A DNA stretch of 64,000 nucleotides from Pseudomonadota bacterium (GCA_043797085.1 JAZDQA010000011.1:96001-160000), one strand, 5' to 3'. Positions 49,329 through 59,750 are shown, numbered from the stretch's first letter. Program-made: numbers and translations. The notes: a model not told the origin generated them from the letters alone.

Positions 49329-51386
49329 ATGATAATATCATCAGCAGTAAAAGCTAAACATACTATCTTCAAACCACTGCTAAAATTAATATTGGCATTA
49401 ATAGGGATTGCAAGCAGTTATATTAGTGCAAATGACTTGCCCAATGTTTGCAGTCGAGATCAAAATCCTAATGAATTTACCGTCCTAAGCTATCACGAAA
49501 TTGCCGATAAAAGTGAAACGTTGGATTCAAATTATGCCGTTACACCGGCGCATTTTGAAGAGCAGATTCGTTGGCTTGCAGAAAGTGGCTACCATTTTAT
49601 CAGTGTAGATGATATTGTCAATTATCGACAAACTAAAAAATCTTTGCCCAGCAAGGCGGTTTTAATCACGTTTGATGATGGATACAGTTCGGTTTATGCT
49701 AACGCTTTTCCCATTATTAAAAAGTACAAAATACCGGTGGTAATCGCATTGGTAGGCAGTTGGCTGCAAGCTAAAGAAAAAGTGGATTTTGATGGGCAAC
49801 TCATTGCACGTGAAAAGTTTTTAAGTCAAGAAGAGCTAAAAGAGATGGTCAGCAGCGGTCTCGTCGAGATTGCAAGTCATACCCATTCTCTGCACAAAGG
49901 GATACAGGGCAATCCTCAGGGCAATATGCAGCCTGCAGTAAAAACGCGTCAATGGTTAAGTGATAAACACAAATATGAAGATGAAAAAAGTTATCAGCAG
50001 CGTATAACCAATGATTTAGTGAGAAATAATACTTTTTTAAAAGAGTACACCGGACAATCACCTCGAGTCATTGTTTGGCCCTATGGACATTACAACAAAA
50101 CGGTACGTAGTGTTGCTCAACAGCTTGGAATGCCTATAGGATTGACGCTTGATGATGGAAGCAATACTAAGATTATTCCTTTGTGGGGGATGAGACGAAT
50201 ATTAGTCGAAAATAAAATGACACTCAAAGATTTAGAGCTTAATATGTGGTTGCGTAATGCTAATCTTACGGATGATGATCGTACAACTAAAGCAGCTCAT
50301 ATTGATTTGGATTATATTTATGATAGTGATCTCGATCAGCAAGAGAGAAATTTGGGTGATTTATTGGAGCGAATCAAGAAGCTGGGTATTAATACGGTTT
50401 ATTTGCAGGCCTTTGCCGATCCTGATGCCAACGGTGCAGCCGATTATGTCTATTTTCCCAATCGTAATATTCCAATGCGTGCGGATTTATTTAACCGCGT
50501 AGCATGGCAAATCGTAACACGTACCCAAGTCAAGCGTGTGTATGCGTGGATGCCTATGTTGGCATGGCAACTTCCAAGAGGGCATAAAGCGGCTAAAGAT
50601 ACGTTAGTAACGCTCAAAGTTGATACCAATCATCTCAATATGGGTTATCCAAGACTCTCACCTTTTTCCCAAAAATCTCAAAAAGTTATCCGAGAAATTT
50701 ATGAAGATTTAGCAAAGTTACCTCGTATTGACGGGATTCTTTTTCATGATGATGTTACCCTTACGGATTATGAAGATGAGAGTAAATTTGCAAAAGAGCA
50801 GTATAAAAAATGGGGCTTGCCCAATAGCGTACGTAAGATCAAAGCTAGCAGAGCAGCTTATGAAAAGTGGTCAATGCTTAAAATAGATTATTTGGATGAT
50901 TTTGCACTACAGCTAGTGGGTATTGTGCGAGATGGGCATCCAGGGTTAAAATCTGCCCGTAATCTATATGCCGAAGTGGCTTCCAATTGGTTCGCTCAAG
51001 AGTGGTATGGACAAGGTTTGACTCAGTCTCTTAAAAAATATGACTATACGGCTATCATGGCAATGCCTTATATGGAAAAGGCAGAGGATAATAAGAAGTT
51101 TTATGAGACAATCGTGGATAATGTTAAACAAGAAGAGTGCGGGTTAGAACGTACTATAATGGAGCTTCAAACGGTGAATTGGCGAAAAGATGGTGAAGCG
51201 ATTTCATCTCAAGAACTGGACGAAACGATAAAAACTTTATACGATATGGGTGTGCATCATATAGCGTATTATCCCGACAGTGTATTTAAAAACATTCCTG
51301 ATGCTGATACCATCAAACACGCTTTTGAACAAAAGCCTGTACGTATGCATACGTTAATGCCAAGCAATATTGCGCCCAATAAGTAG
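49329..51386 (+). CDS. pgaB: PNAG de-N-acetylase/hydrolase
   Basis: LSYHE, TFDDG, HTHSLH, VWPYG; YLQAFADPD, RADLFNRVAWQ, GILFHDD, AIMAMPYME. Confidence 0.95.
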   Translation: MIISSAVKAKHTIFKPLLKLILALIGIASSYISANDLPNVCSRDQNPNEFTVLSYHEIADKSETLDSNYAVTPAHFEEQIRWLAESGYHFISVDDIVNYRQTKKSLPSKAVLITFDDGYSSVYANAFPIIKKYKIPVVIALVGSWLQAKEKVDFDGQLIAREKFLSQEELKEMVSSGLVEIASHTHSLHKGIQGNPQGNMQPAVKTRQWLSDKHKYEDEKSYQQRITNDLVRNNTFLKEYTGQSPRVIVWPYGHYNKTVRSVAQQLGMPIGLTLDDGSNTKIIPLWGMRRILVENKMTLKDLELNMWLRNANLTDDDRTTKAAHIDLDYIYDSDLDQQERNLGDLLERIKKLGINTVYLQAFADPDANGAADYVYFPNRNIPMRADLFNRVAWQIVTRTQVKRVYAWMPMLAWQLPRGHKAAKDTLVTLKVDTNHLNMGYPRLSPFSQKSQKVIREIYEDLAKLPRIDGILFHDDVTLTDYEDESKFAKEQYKKWGLPNSVRKIKASRAAYEKWSMLKIDYLDDFALQLVGIVRDGHPGLKSARNLYAEVASNWFAQEWYGQGLTQSLKKYDYTAIMAMPYMEKAEDNKKFYETIVDNVKQEECGLERTIMELQTVNWRKDGEAISSQELDETIKTLYDMGVHHIAYYPDSVFKNIPDADTIKHAFEQKPVRMHTLMPSNIAPNK

Positions 51387-51395
51387 GAAAATTTT

Positions 51396-52688
51396 ATGAC
51401 CACTTTTATTATCTTTTTGCATTTACTATGGCATACGCTGTTAGGTTTTATCTTTTATTATCCCCTCTTTATGTCAAGTTTGTGGATAGTAGGGGCTATC
51501 TTTTTTTATTTTAAAAATGAAAAACCGTATCTTAAATATATTATTCCACCATTACGAGACAATGAAAAGTGGGAGGGTGTCAGTATTTTGATTCCTTGCT
51601 ACAACGAAGGACAAAATGCGATTGAAACCATCACCTATGCCCTTAATGTCAAATATCCCGAATTTGAGGTTATCGCCATTAATGATGGGAGTAAAGATGA
51701 TACTTTAGAGATATTACTAGAATTGGCAAAAAATAATCCGAAATTAAAAGTGGTGAATTTAGCTGAAAATCAGGGCAAAGCTTTGGGGCTTCAAGCAGGG
51801 GCATTGGTCGCAAAATATGAGTATTTGATCGGTATTGACGGGGATGCTTTGATTGATGAATATTGTGTTCATTGGATGGTGAAACATTTTATCCGCTATC
51901 CCGCAGTTGCAGCAGTAACGGGAAATCCACGCATACGCAATCGAACGACATTACTGGGTAAAATTCAAGTGGGTGAGTTTTCCTCTATTGTCGGGATGAT
52001 AAAACGGGCACAGCGCAGTTTTGGGCGGATATTTACCGTATCGGGGGTTATTACCGGTTTTAGAAAAGCGGCGGTACACGAGGTAGGCTATTGGAGTCCC
52101 GATATGCTGACCGAAGACATCGATATTACCTGGAAACTGCAACGCAACGGGTGGGATGTCCGTTTTGAACCGCGTGCTTTGGTCTGGATTTTGATGCCTG
52201 AGACATTGAGCGGTCTATGGAAACAACGGTTACGTTGGGCGATGGGCGGTGTACAAGTGATGCTGAAAAACTTCAAGGTGTTATTTATGCCAAAACAAAC
52301 CCACCTTTGGGGGCTGATGGTAGAACTAATGCTTAGTACGATTTGGGCATACAGTATGGTATTGGTCTTTTTAGTTTGGATTGTTAGTTTGTTTGTTCCG
52401 GTCAATTATTTAATGCCACAGCAATCCCCTATTTTGCCTGATCAAAGCAGTGTCATTTTGATTGGTGCTTGTTTGGTGCAGTTTGGTGTGAGTAAATGGC
52501 TGGACGGTCATTATGACCAAGGTTTAGGGAAAAATTATTTTTGGATGATTTGGTATCCGTTTGCCTATTGGCTCCTTAATTTGTTTACGGCAGTAACGGC
52601 ACTTCCAAAAGTGTTGTTCGGTAAAAAAGGTCGTGCGAGGTGGGTTAGCCCTGATCGTGGTGCGCATCAACAGGTCAAAAAAGGTTAA
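51396..52688 (+). CDS. pgaC: PNAG synthase (GT2)
   Basis: INDGS, IDGDA, TGNPRIR, TEDID, QRLRW, RWVSPDRG. Confidence 0.96.
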   Translation: MTTFIIFLHLLWHTLLGFIFYYPLFMSSLWIVGAIFFYFKNEKPYLKYIIPPLRDNEKWEGVSILIPCYNEGQNAIETITYALNVKYPEFEVIAINDGSKDDTLEILLELAKNNPKLKVVNLAENQGKALGLQAGALVAKYEYLIGIDGDALIDEYCVHWMVKHFIRYPAVAAVTGNPRIRNRTTLLGKIQVGEFSSIVGMIKRAQRSFGRIFTVSGVITGFRKAAVHEVGYWSPDMLTEDIDITWKLQRNGWDVRFEPRALVWILMPETLSGLWKQRLRWAMGGVQVMLKNFKVLFMPKQTHLWGLMVELMLSTIWAYSMVLVFLVWIVSLFVPVNYLMPQQSPILPDQSSVILIGACLVQFGVSKWLDGHYDQGLGKNYFWMIWYPFAYWLLNLFTAVTALPKVLFGKKGRARWVSPDRGAHQQVKKG

Positions 52689-52692
52689 GAAA

Positions 52693-53127
52693 ATGGAAAC
52701 ATTGATTATTAATAAACGCCGTGAGCTGCCTAGAGCCAAACGAATCATTTGGGACATCGTAACTGTTTTGCTTTGGCTGGGTTTTTTCTATTTATGGAAA
52801 CCGGTATTTCACGTATTTTATCGTATTATTACATTAGATGCACCGGTGGAAGAGTTGTCTGATTGGATTTTTGGTGAGATCCATAGTGTTACCTTTGAAC
52901 ATGCGCTTTATATGCTTATTGGAACGCCTATAGTGCTTTTTATACTTTCAAGGTTAAATCGACACCAAGCCCCAAGTGAGCATTTAATCTATCATTCTAA
53001 TGATTATTCAAATTATTTTAACGTAGATGATACACAATTGCAAGAGTGTGTAAATAGTCAGTTGGTTACGGTTTATTTCGATGACCATGGGCATATCATC
53101 CGTCTGAATAATCAGATTATAAAATAA
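52693..53127 (+). CDS. pgaD: PNAG biosynthesis protein
   Basis: LII...RIIWDIVT.LLW..F.YL; C-terminal TVYFDDHGHII. Confidence 0.85.
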   Translation: METLIINKRRELPRAKRIIWDIVTVLLWLGFFYLWKPVFHVFYRIITLDAPVEELSDWIFGEIHSVTFEHALYMLIGTPIVLFILSRLNRHQAPSEHLIYHSNDYSNYFNVDDTQLQECVNSQLVTVYFDDHGHIIRLNNQIIK

Positions 53128-53156
53128 TATGAAACATCAAAACTAGGAAAAATACA

Positions 53157-53963
53157 TTGTTTGGTTTTTTTAAAAATAAGAGTAAAGAAATAGCAGTAGA
53201 AGAAATATTCGAGACTCCAAAGGAATTTACGAATTCTATTGGAATGGAATTTTTATACATTGATGGCGGACGCTTTAGTATGGGAAAGAATTCTAATTAC
53301 GATGAAGGAGGAGACGTCGAGACTCCTTCGCATTTTGTTGATATAGAGAGTTTTTGGATTTCTAAATATCTAGTGACGCAAGAGGAATATTACAAACTTA
53401 CTCGCGTCAATCCATCTTATTTTAAAAAAGATAAAGTTGAAGAGGAGAGTTCTCGTCGTCATCCCATAGAGCAAGTAAGTTGGTTCGATGCGAAAGCTTT
53501 TGTTGAATTACTGAATCGATACGAAGGTAAAAACCACTCCTATGCACTGCCTACAGAGGCACAATGGGAATATTGTGCAAAAGCGGGAGGAAACACACGC
53601 TTTAGCTTTGGAGACTCTGAGGCACTTATTGATGATTATGCCGTTTATGAGTACAGTTCGAATGGAAGAACGGGTGTTGTTGATGGTAGATTGGCAAATC
53701 GTTTGGGAATATACGGCTTGATGGGGAATGTGTGGGAGTGGTGTGAGGATGATTTTTTCCCAAATTACATTAATGCCCCGAAAGATGGGTCAGCATGGTT
53801 TGATGGAGTAAATAAGGAATCATTTAAAGTGCGTAGAGGAGGAAGCTACAAAACGAGTTATATGTGTTTGAGAAGTTCGTTTCGCGGTTATTCTCGTCCT
53901 GATTTTGCTTCAAATGAGATTGGATTTCGTCTCGTAATCAATGGGGCTCTAAAGAATCTATAA
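53157..53963 (+). CDS. Formylglycine-generating-enzyme (FGE-sulfatase) family protein
   Basis: HPIEQVSW, LPTEAQWEY, GNVWEWCED, RGGS, GFRLV. Confidence 0.9.
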   Translation: MFGFFKNKSKEIAVEEIFETPKEFTNSIGMEFLYIDGGRFSMGKNSNYDEGGDVETPSHFVDIESFWISKYLVTQEEYYKLTRVNPSYFKKDKVEEESSRRHPIEQVSWFDAKAFVELLNRYEGKNHSYALPTEAQWEYCAKAGGNTRFSFGDSEALIDDYAVYEYSSNGRTGVVDGRLANRLGIYGLMGNVWEWCEDDFFPNYINAPKDGSAWFDGVNKESFKVRRGGSYKTSYMCLRSSFRGYSRPDFASNEIGFRLVINGALKNL

Positions 53964-53968
53964 GTATA

Positions 53969-54223
53969 TTAAAACGGGTTTTTAACACTCTCGGCTGTTT
54001 TGATATCTATGCGATCAGGCAAGTTTCTATCCCGTTTAAGCGCATCAATCGAAGCATCGACAATTCGTTTTAGTTTCATGGCGAATTCAAGCCCTTGGCG
54101 GTCTTTGGTGAGGTCTACGGAGCCGTAAATTGAGATGCGATCCAGACGATTTTCTACCGTTAGATTATCGATCAGGAGGGAATCAACTTCATTTTCGTAT
54201 GCCATAAAAGGTTGAGTGGGCAT
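53969..54223 (-). CDS. Conserved small hypothetical protein
   Basis: LTVENRLDRISIYGSVDLTKD..GL..A..LK; in operon with the nuclease. Confidence 0.75.
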   Translation of the reverse strand: MPTQPFMAYENEVDSLLIDNLTVENRLDRISIYGSVDLTKDRQGLEFAMKLKRIVDASIDALKRDRNLPDRIDIKTAESVKNPF

Positions 54224-54224
54224 T

Positions 54225-55055
54225 TTAAAACATCCTTTTCAAAAGTTTTTCTATTAAACGGATTATATCCTCATCTGAAAGATTATGGTAGGAGTGACCG
54301 TTTCTCTCTTGGGGATCAGGCAGGCTCATGGCTGATTTTTTGGCAGATGGAGCCATTTTTGGAAAGAGCTGCACTCCTGCCATTTGCTCCAGCTGAGCAA
54401 TACTGATCACTTCATAATCACCGTTAGGTGCATTACTAACCAGATAGGCTCCCCCTTTTCCGCTAGAGGGATCGTAGATTGCTTTATAGAGTTTTGAGGG
54501 GACTAATACTCTCCCGCCGATACGTTTGATCGGTGAACCGCTGAAGATAGGTCCCGTGATAATATAGAGCTCTCCCTTTTGATTAGTCAAATGGCGCGTT
54601 GCTCCCTCGATGGCTGACCATACCCCCCGATTGTTTTCAGAATTTTGAGGAATCATGTTGGCAAGAGTAAAGGACTCATTCTGTGATTGTTTGTTGCCCA
54701 TGTCAGCTGAGGGTGCTAAATGACCTCTATCATAGCCCGACTTAGAATAATCGGCAAGTTCGGCACGCTCATCAGGGTCTAACTGATCTTCCGGATGAAA
54801 ATTGTTGCTTCTTTTGCTTTTATGACGCAATCCCTCTTTCGTGAGATGCTCGGCGCTCCATAATGGTGTGCGAGAGATACCTGAGTGCATTACGGCAAAG
54901 GTGCTATAGCACAGCTCTTTCGTTTTCGGGAGAAGTTTTGTGTTTAAAATATTGGGTGCTTCGTTGCCGTAATAGAGCCCCTCACATTGCGTAGGGGCAG
55001 AAAATAACGCGGTTGAAAACAGTAAGGTACTAATCAGAGATACAAGCGATTTCAT
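54225..55055 (-). CDS. Secreted DNA/RNA non-specific endonuclease (NucA-like)
   Basis: Signal peptide; YDRGHLAP, ESF.LANMIPQ, NNRGVW..IE. Confidence 0.93.
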   Translation of the reverse strand: MKSLVSLISTLLFSTALFSAPTQCEGLYYGNEAPNILNTKLLPKTKELCYSTFAVMHSGISRTPLWSAEHLTKEGLRHKSKRSNNFHPEDQLDPDERAELADYSKSGYDRGHLAPSADMGNKQSQNESFTLANMIPQNSENNRGVWSAIEGATRHLTNQKGELYIITGPIFSGSPIKRIGGRVLVPSKLYKAIYDPSSGKGGAYLVSNAPNGDYEVISIAQLEQMAGVQLFPKMAPSAKKSAMSLPDPQERNGHSYHNLSDEDIIRLIEKLLKRMF

Positions 55056-55085
55056 TGATCACATTTTAGCATTATTTTCACTCTA

Positions 55086-55565
55086 TTATTTTTTCTCAAC
55101 GGGATATCCCATCTCTTTCCATGCACTAAATCCATTTAGAAGCCAATAGACGTTAGTGTATCCAAGTTTTCGAACGGCTAAAGCCGCTTCGTATGAGTTG
55201 GCGCACGTTTCTCCGTAACAATAAAAGAGAAGAATTTCATCTTTCTCTTTTGGGAGCTGTATCACGATATATTCTGCTTTAGAAACATCGAAGTAGACCG
55301 GATACGCTCCTTTTATATGTTCTTTTTCGTAGTGGCGCTTTTCACGGGCATCAAAAAAGTAGGATTTTTGATCGTACAGTTTTTTAGCCGTGTCAACATC
55401 CACGACTTTTACCCCTTTGGCGATTGCATCATCTACTTGGGGAGGAATAACACAAACATCGTATTTTGCTTCGAAAATAATACTTTTTTCACCGTCATAT
55501 TCGACAGCACTGAGGGAAGATGTTAATAATACTGCAGCGAATGCAGTTGAAATCAAGCGTAACAT
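55086..55565 (-). CDS. Periplasmic rhodanese-domain protein
   Basis: DAR...HIKGA, FYCYG..C, GF.AW...GYPV. Confidence 0.9.
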   Translation of the reverse strand: MLRLISTAFAAVLLTSSLSAVEYDGEKSIIFEAKYDVCVIPPQVDDAIAKGVKVVDVDTAKKLYDQKSYFFDAREKRHYEKEHIKGAYPVYFDVSKAEYIVIQLPKEKDEILLFYCYGETCANSYEAALAVRKLGYTNVYWLLNGFSAWKEMGYPVEKK

Positions 55566-55686
55566 GATGAACTCCTTGAATCGATATGAATTAATGATAA
55601 TGGATAAAATATTATAGTCATATCATTTTTTTAAATAAAGAAATAAAATAAGAATAAATTTATTTCTCGTTTCTACATTCTCGCCT

Positions 55687-56820
55687 TCATTTGTCGTCGG
55701 AGTAGCGGATGCGGTAGATGGCATTGGCTTTGTCATCCGACACCAGAAGAGAACCATCAGGCAGGATCAGCAGATCAACAGGTCTTCCCCACGAGGTGAT
55801 CCCCTTGTGCCACCCTTGCGCAAAAATCGTGTAGGAAGGTTTGGCATTTTCAAAAAAACGTACCAGTGTGATGCGGTAGCCTATCGGGGGAATCCGATTC
55901 CACGAACCGTGCTCGGCAACTAATATCTGATCTAGGTACGCCGGCGGAAATTGGCTGCCCGTGTAAAATCGCATCCCCAACGCGGCGACGTGGGGATCGA
56001 GTTCCCTTACAGGCGGGGTAAAATCGGCACATTTTTTCTTTTTACCGAATTCGGAATCGGCGAAACGACCTGCGTGACAGTAGGGAAATCCGAAGTGCAT
56101 CCCTTTTTTCAAAGCCATATTCAGCTCATCGCCCGGTGTGTTGTTTCCCATCCAGTCGCGGCCGTTGTCGGTAAAGAAGAGAGTGCCGTTTTTCGGATGC
56201 CAGTCGAATCCCACCGTATTTCTTACTCCGTGTGCAAAAATCTCGAGTCCGGTTCCATCGGGTCGCATCCGCATGATGGAGGCGTAGCGCGGATCATCCT
56301 GTTCGCAGACATTGCAGGGAGCACCAACGGGTACATAGAGGTATCCATCGGGACCGAAGCGTATGAATTTCCAGCCGTGGTGAGGGTTTGAGGGAAAGGA
56401 GTCGCTGACGACGACCGGCTGTGGCGGGTTGTCCAAACGGTTTTCGATGGCGTCAAAACGTAAAATACGGTTGATTTCGGAAACGTAAAGTGCTTTGTTG
56501 CGGAAAGCGACGCCGTTTGGGCTGTTGAGTCCATGAGCGATAACGTAGCGACGGTCGGCGCGAAAATCGCCGTCGGTGTCTTGAAGTGCATACACTTTTC
56601 CTTCGGCACGGGAGCCTACGAAAACGGTTCCTCCCTCACCGATAGCCAGGGAACGCGCCCCATCGACATTGCGGGCATAGAGGTCGATGTGAAATCCGGG
56701 GGGGAGCTTGATGGTGGCTAGCTTTTCGGAGAGATCGTCGGCATGGGTCTGGTAGAGAAAGAAAATATTGATGCTCATTGCGAGAAGTAACCGTACTACG
56801 TGCGATGCTTTAGTCCACAT
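55687..56820 (-). CDS. PQQ-dependent sugar/sorbosone dehydrogenase family
   Basis: GAPCNVC, GVRNTVGFDW, TDNGRD, GRPVD, SDD. Confidence 0.9.
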   Translation of the reverse strand: MWTKASHVVRLLLAMSINIFFLYQTHADDLSEKLATIKLPPGFHIDLYARNVDGARSLAIGEGGTVFVGSRAEGKVYALQDTDGDFRADRRYVIAHGLNSPNGVAFRNKALYVSEINRILRFDAIENRLDNPPQPVVVSDSFPSNPHHGWKFIRFGPDGYLYVPVGAPCNVCEQDDPRYASIMRMRPDGTGLEIFAHGVRNTVGFDWHPKNGTLFFTDNGRDWMGNNTPGDELNMALKKGMHFGFPYCHAGRFADSEFGKKKKCADFTPPVRELDPHVAALGMRFYTGSQFPPAYLDQILVAEHGSWNRIPPIGYRITLVRFFENAKPSYTIFAQGWHKGITSWGRPVDLLILPDGSLLVSDDKANAIYRIRYSDDK

Positions 56821-56841
56821 AACTCTCTCCCTATAGTTGTA

Positions 56842-57717
56842 TTATTCTTCTCCATTCTGACCAAAGAGGTTGTTGATTGCCGCTTCGATGGTTTTGAATT
56901 CAAACTCGAAGCCGGCTTCGGGAAGGCGTTTGGAGGTGGCATACTGTCCGCTAGAGAACGCTTCGGCGGCTTCGGATCCGAAACGCAGTGCCAACATAAA
57001 TTTTGGAATCGCAAATAGGGTAGGGAGATGCAATGCGGCACCCAATGCTTTGGTCAGACCGTAGTTAGTAGTAGGATTGGGTGCCATCAGATTGTAAACA
57101 CCCTGCATCTGCGGGTGTTCGAGAACAAAGAGATAACCTCTCATCAGATCTTGGATATGGACCCAGCTGAAGTTTTGGCTCCCATCACCGATCGTCCCTC
57201 CCAGCCCAAGTTTGAAGGGGAGTAACATTTCGTTGAGTATACCACCGCCGTGACCGAGGACGATCCCATAGCGAAAGATGACGGTTCTGATTCCAAGCGT
57301 TTTGGCTTTCATGGCCTCATTCTCCCAGTCCCTGACCAGCCGACCCAGAAAATCCTTCGCGTAAAGGGCATGTTCTTCATCGTGCTTACCGCTTGCCGCA
57401 TAGATACCCACCGCCGATGTACAGACGAAGAGTCCCGGCTTTTGCTCCATCCTCTCCATAGTGGCGACCATCTTTTTCGTCGTGTCGATGCGGCTTGTGT
57501 AGAGCACTTTTTTGTAGTGTTTTGTCCATCGTTTACTGATGGAAGCCCCAGCGAGATGGATAACAACGTCTGCACCCAAAAGTCTTTTGCCAAAAGCCGT
57601 ATCGTCAAGATCAAAATCAGCCGTATGCAGGGGCAATATCTCCCATCCTTTTTCTTTGAACATGGAGACCAGATGGGTGCCGATAAAACCTCCCGCTCCG
57701 CTGATGACGACTTTCAT
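56842..57717 (-). CDS. TIGR01777-type NAD-dependent epimerase
   Basis: SGAGGFIG, HLAGA, SRI.TT, SAVGIY, SWVHI.D. Confidence 0.9.
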   Translation of the reverse strand: MKVVISGAGGFIGTHLVSMFKEKGWEILPLHTADFDLDDTAFGKRLLGADVVIHLAGASISKRWTKHYKKVLYTSRIDTTKKMVATMERMEQKPGLFVCTSAVGIYAASGKHDEEHALYAKDFLGRLVRDWENEAMKAKTLGIRTVIFRYGIVLGHGGGILNEMLLPFKLGLGGTIGDGSQNFSWVHIQDLMRGYLFVLEHPQMQGVYNLMAPNPTTNYGLTKALGAALHLPTLFAIPKFMLALRFGSEAAEAFSSGQYATSKRLPEAGFEFEFKTIEAAINNLFGQNGEE

Positions 57718-57725
57718 GACGATAC

Positions 57726-58523
57726 CTACAAGGTGATGAGAAGTGCTGCTTCGGGGTTGATGATGCGAAACGTGCAGCTTTCACTCATAAAAAGTGCATA
57801 GCTGTCAGTTTTTTCTTCGGCATACCCGATACTGACATCCAGAGCGTTATAGAGAGCAAAATCTCCGCCTCTTTGTGAAAGAGCCAAAATCTTGTCATCA
57901 CCAATGTTCTCGCAAACCACAAAAAAGTTTATTCCCAGTAGTGTTTCCAGACGGCTTTTAACACTTAGACCTCCTTCGCTTTCTCCTACCATTTTGATCA
58001 GCGTAGCGGTGGAGAGAACCAGTTTGTACGGTCCCTCAACGAATTCGCCACCGAAAGCGGCGATCATCGAGGCGACCGCATCGATCAGCCCTTTGGTGCT
58101 TTTGGCATGTATCGGTTTACGCGGGATATTTTTCAAAATACCTTTTATTTGTGCTTCTTTAACTCCATCAAGGATCAGCGAATTTTCAACGGCGCTGAAA
58201 CGGTTTGCAACGTGTTTGAAGACGGTGTCATCAAAATCGATTTTATCCCGTTTGAAGTCCTCGACAACCGATTTGGGCAGATCAAAATCGTACCGAACCT
58301 CAATCATTCGGATCGGTTCTCGTACTGATAGTGTCAAATGCTCGGAAGTAGAGAGTACATTGAGGTTGCCCGTCGCGATCGAATCGGTCTCAAAAGGAAC
58401 GGGGGTAAATCCGACAAGAGCGCGAAGTTTCAGCCGTTGGCTCAGCAATGGGGTAAAAACATTGTCGATCTGGCTCCAAACGGCTGCTGCTATCGGTGAG
58501 GTTTCTCGATTTAAAAATTTCAT
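57726..58523 (-). CDS. Family 1 encapsulin shell protein
   Basis: MKFLNRETSPI....W..ID, GPYKL, RGGDF.L....D.SIGY, ES.TFRIINPEA. Confidence 0.92.
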   Translation of the reverse strand: MKFLNRETSPIAAAVWSQIDNVFTPLLSQRLKLRALVGFTPVPFETDSIATGNLNVLSTSEHLTLSVREPIRMIEVRYDFDLPKSVVEDFKRDKIDFDDTVFKHVANRFSAVENSLILDGVKEAQIKGILKNIPRKPIHAKSTKGLIDAVASMIAAFGGEFVEGPYKLVLSTATLIKMVGESEGGLSVKSRLETLLGINFFVVCENIGDDKILALSQRGGDFALYNALDVSIGYAEEKTDSYALFMSESCTFRIINPEAALLITL

Positions 58524-58533
58524 AGTGAACTCC

Positions 58534-58908
58534 TTAGTTATTATTGCCGATTTTCAGTGTCCCTGTAGCTACTGCAACGGTTACTGAATCGGTCTGAGTA
58601 GGTTGATCCGCTGCATCGGACTCCTGAACGATGATATCTCCATTCGTAAACAGAAATTTATGCATCATGGCGTCCCACACGGGAGAATTGCGTCTGAGCC
58701 ATTCAAGCCCCATGCACGCGTGTTCAATCTCTTCGTCTCGATTGTGTTCCATAATAGCTTTGGCGGTAGGGTCTGTTGCGGCTTCGGCACGTTGGTTATA
58801 CCAATCTACTGCCTCGAATTCTTCCATTGTACTTTGGATAATGCGGTGATAATCTTTTGTAAAATCTGAGAGTTTATTGGGATCTTCGTGAAAACCTTCA
58901 TGTGCCAT
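58534..58908 (-). CDS. Encapsulin-associated ferritin-like protein
   Basis: EEFEAVDWYNQR, HNRDEEIEHA, EWLRR; C-terminal GTLKIG cargo-loading-like peptide. Confidence 0.93.
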   Translation of the reverse strand: MAHEGFHEDPNKLSDFTKDYHRIIQSTMEEFEAVDWYNQRAEAATDPTAKAIMEHNRDEEIEHACMGLEWLRRNSPVWDAMMHKFLFTNGDIIVQESDAADQPTQTDSVTVAVATGTLKIGNNN

Positions 58909-59080
58909 AACTGCTCCTTTGAGTTCAATTCTGATATTTCTAATGGTACAAAGACATAAGAAAGGATGTCAATAGGATTTTATAGGGAGCATTTCTTTTA
59001 ATTTTTAATTAAGAAATAAATAGTTGAAAAGATAAAAAAAAGTTGTGTTATTATTGAACGAAATCAACAAGGAGGCAGTT

Positions 59081-59692
59081 ATGAAGGTCTTAATTGTGTA
59101 CTACTCTATGTACGGTCATATCTATCAAATGGTTCAGGCGGCAGCGGAAGGAGCAGGATCAGTGGAAGGGGTCGAAGCAGTATTACGCCGTGTCCCAGAG
59201 ACGCTTTCTATCGATATTCTGGAAAAAATGGGAGCGACAGAAGCCCAAAAAGAGCAGTCTGACATCCCTGTTTGTACACTGGATGAACTTGCCGAAGCGG
59301 ATGCCGTGATCTTCGCCACACCGACGCGTTTTGGGAACATGTGCGGTCAGATGCGCCAGTTCCTTGATGCGACCGGTAAACTCTGGGGTAAGGGAGCGCT
59401 AGTAGGCAAGGTGGGAAGCGTGATAACCAGCTCAGGTACTCAGCACGGCGGTCAAGAATCGACGATCCTGACGTTTCACGTCACGTTACTGCATCATGGA
59501 ATGGTGATCGTAGGACTTCCCTATACCTTTGCAGGACAATCGTTTTCCGACCAGATTACGGGCTGTTCACCCTATGGTGCATCGACGATTGTGGGAGGCG
59601 ACGGCAGCCGCTTTCCCAGTGCCAACGAACTCGCCGGAGCCAAATATCAAGGGGAACACGTTGCCAAAATCGCCAAGAAGCTTACCCGATAG
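59081..59692 (+). CDS. wrbA: NAD(P)H:quinone oxidoreductase WrbA
   Basis: [38 protein letters not shown]. Confidence 0.96.
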   Translation: MKVLIVYYSMYGHIYQMVQAAAEGAGSVEGVEAVLRRVPETLSIDILEKMGATEAQKEQSDIPVCTLDELAEADAVIFATPTRFGNMCGQMRQFLDATGKLWGKGALVGKVGSVITSSGTQHGGQESTILTFHVTLLHHGMVIVGLPYTFAGQSFSDQITGCSPYGASTIVGGDGSRFPSANELAGAKYQGEHVAKIAKKLTR

Positions 59693-59714
59693 CCCGTGTT
59701 TTCGGGCACTTTTT
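59692..59714 (+). terminator. Probable intrinsic terminator after wrbA
   Basis: GCCCG/CGGGC stem followed by a T run. Confidence 0.5.
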
Positions 59715-59750
59715 ACGCAGTCTTTTAAATGCTGCGCAAAAGTATTTTCA

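Noticed and set aside
53157..53963. Diversity-generating retroelement target (FGE/CLec fold)
   Set aside because: No reverse transcriptase and no template repeat of its 3' end noticed in the window
57726..58523. Phage capsid gene of a further prophage
   Set aside because: The encapsulin motifs and ferritin cargo explain it; no phage neighbours
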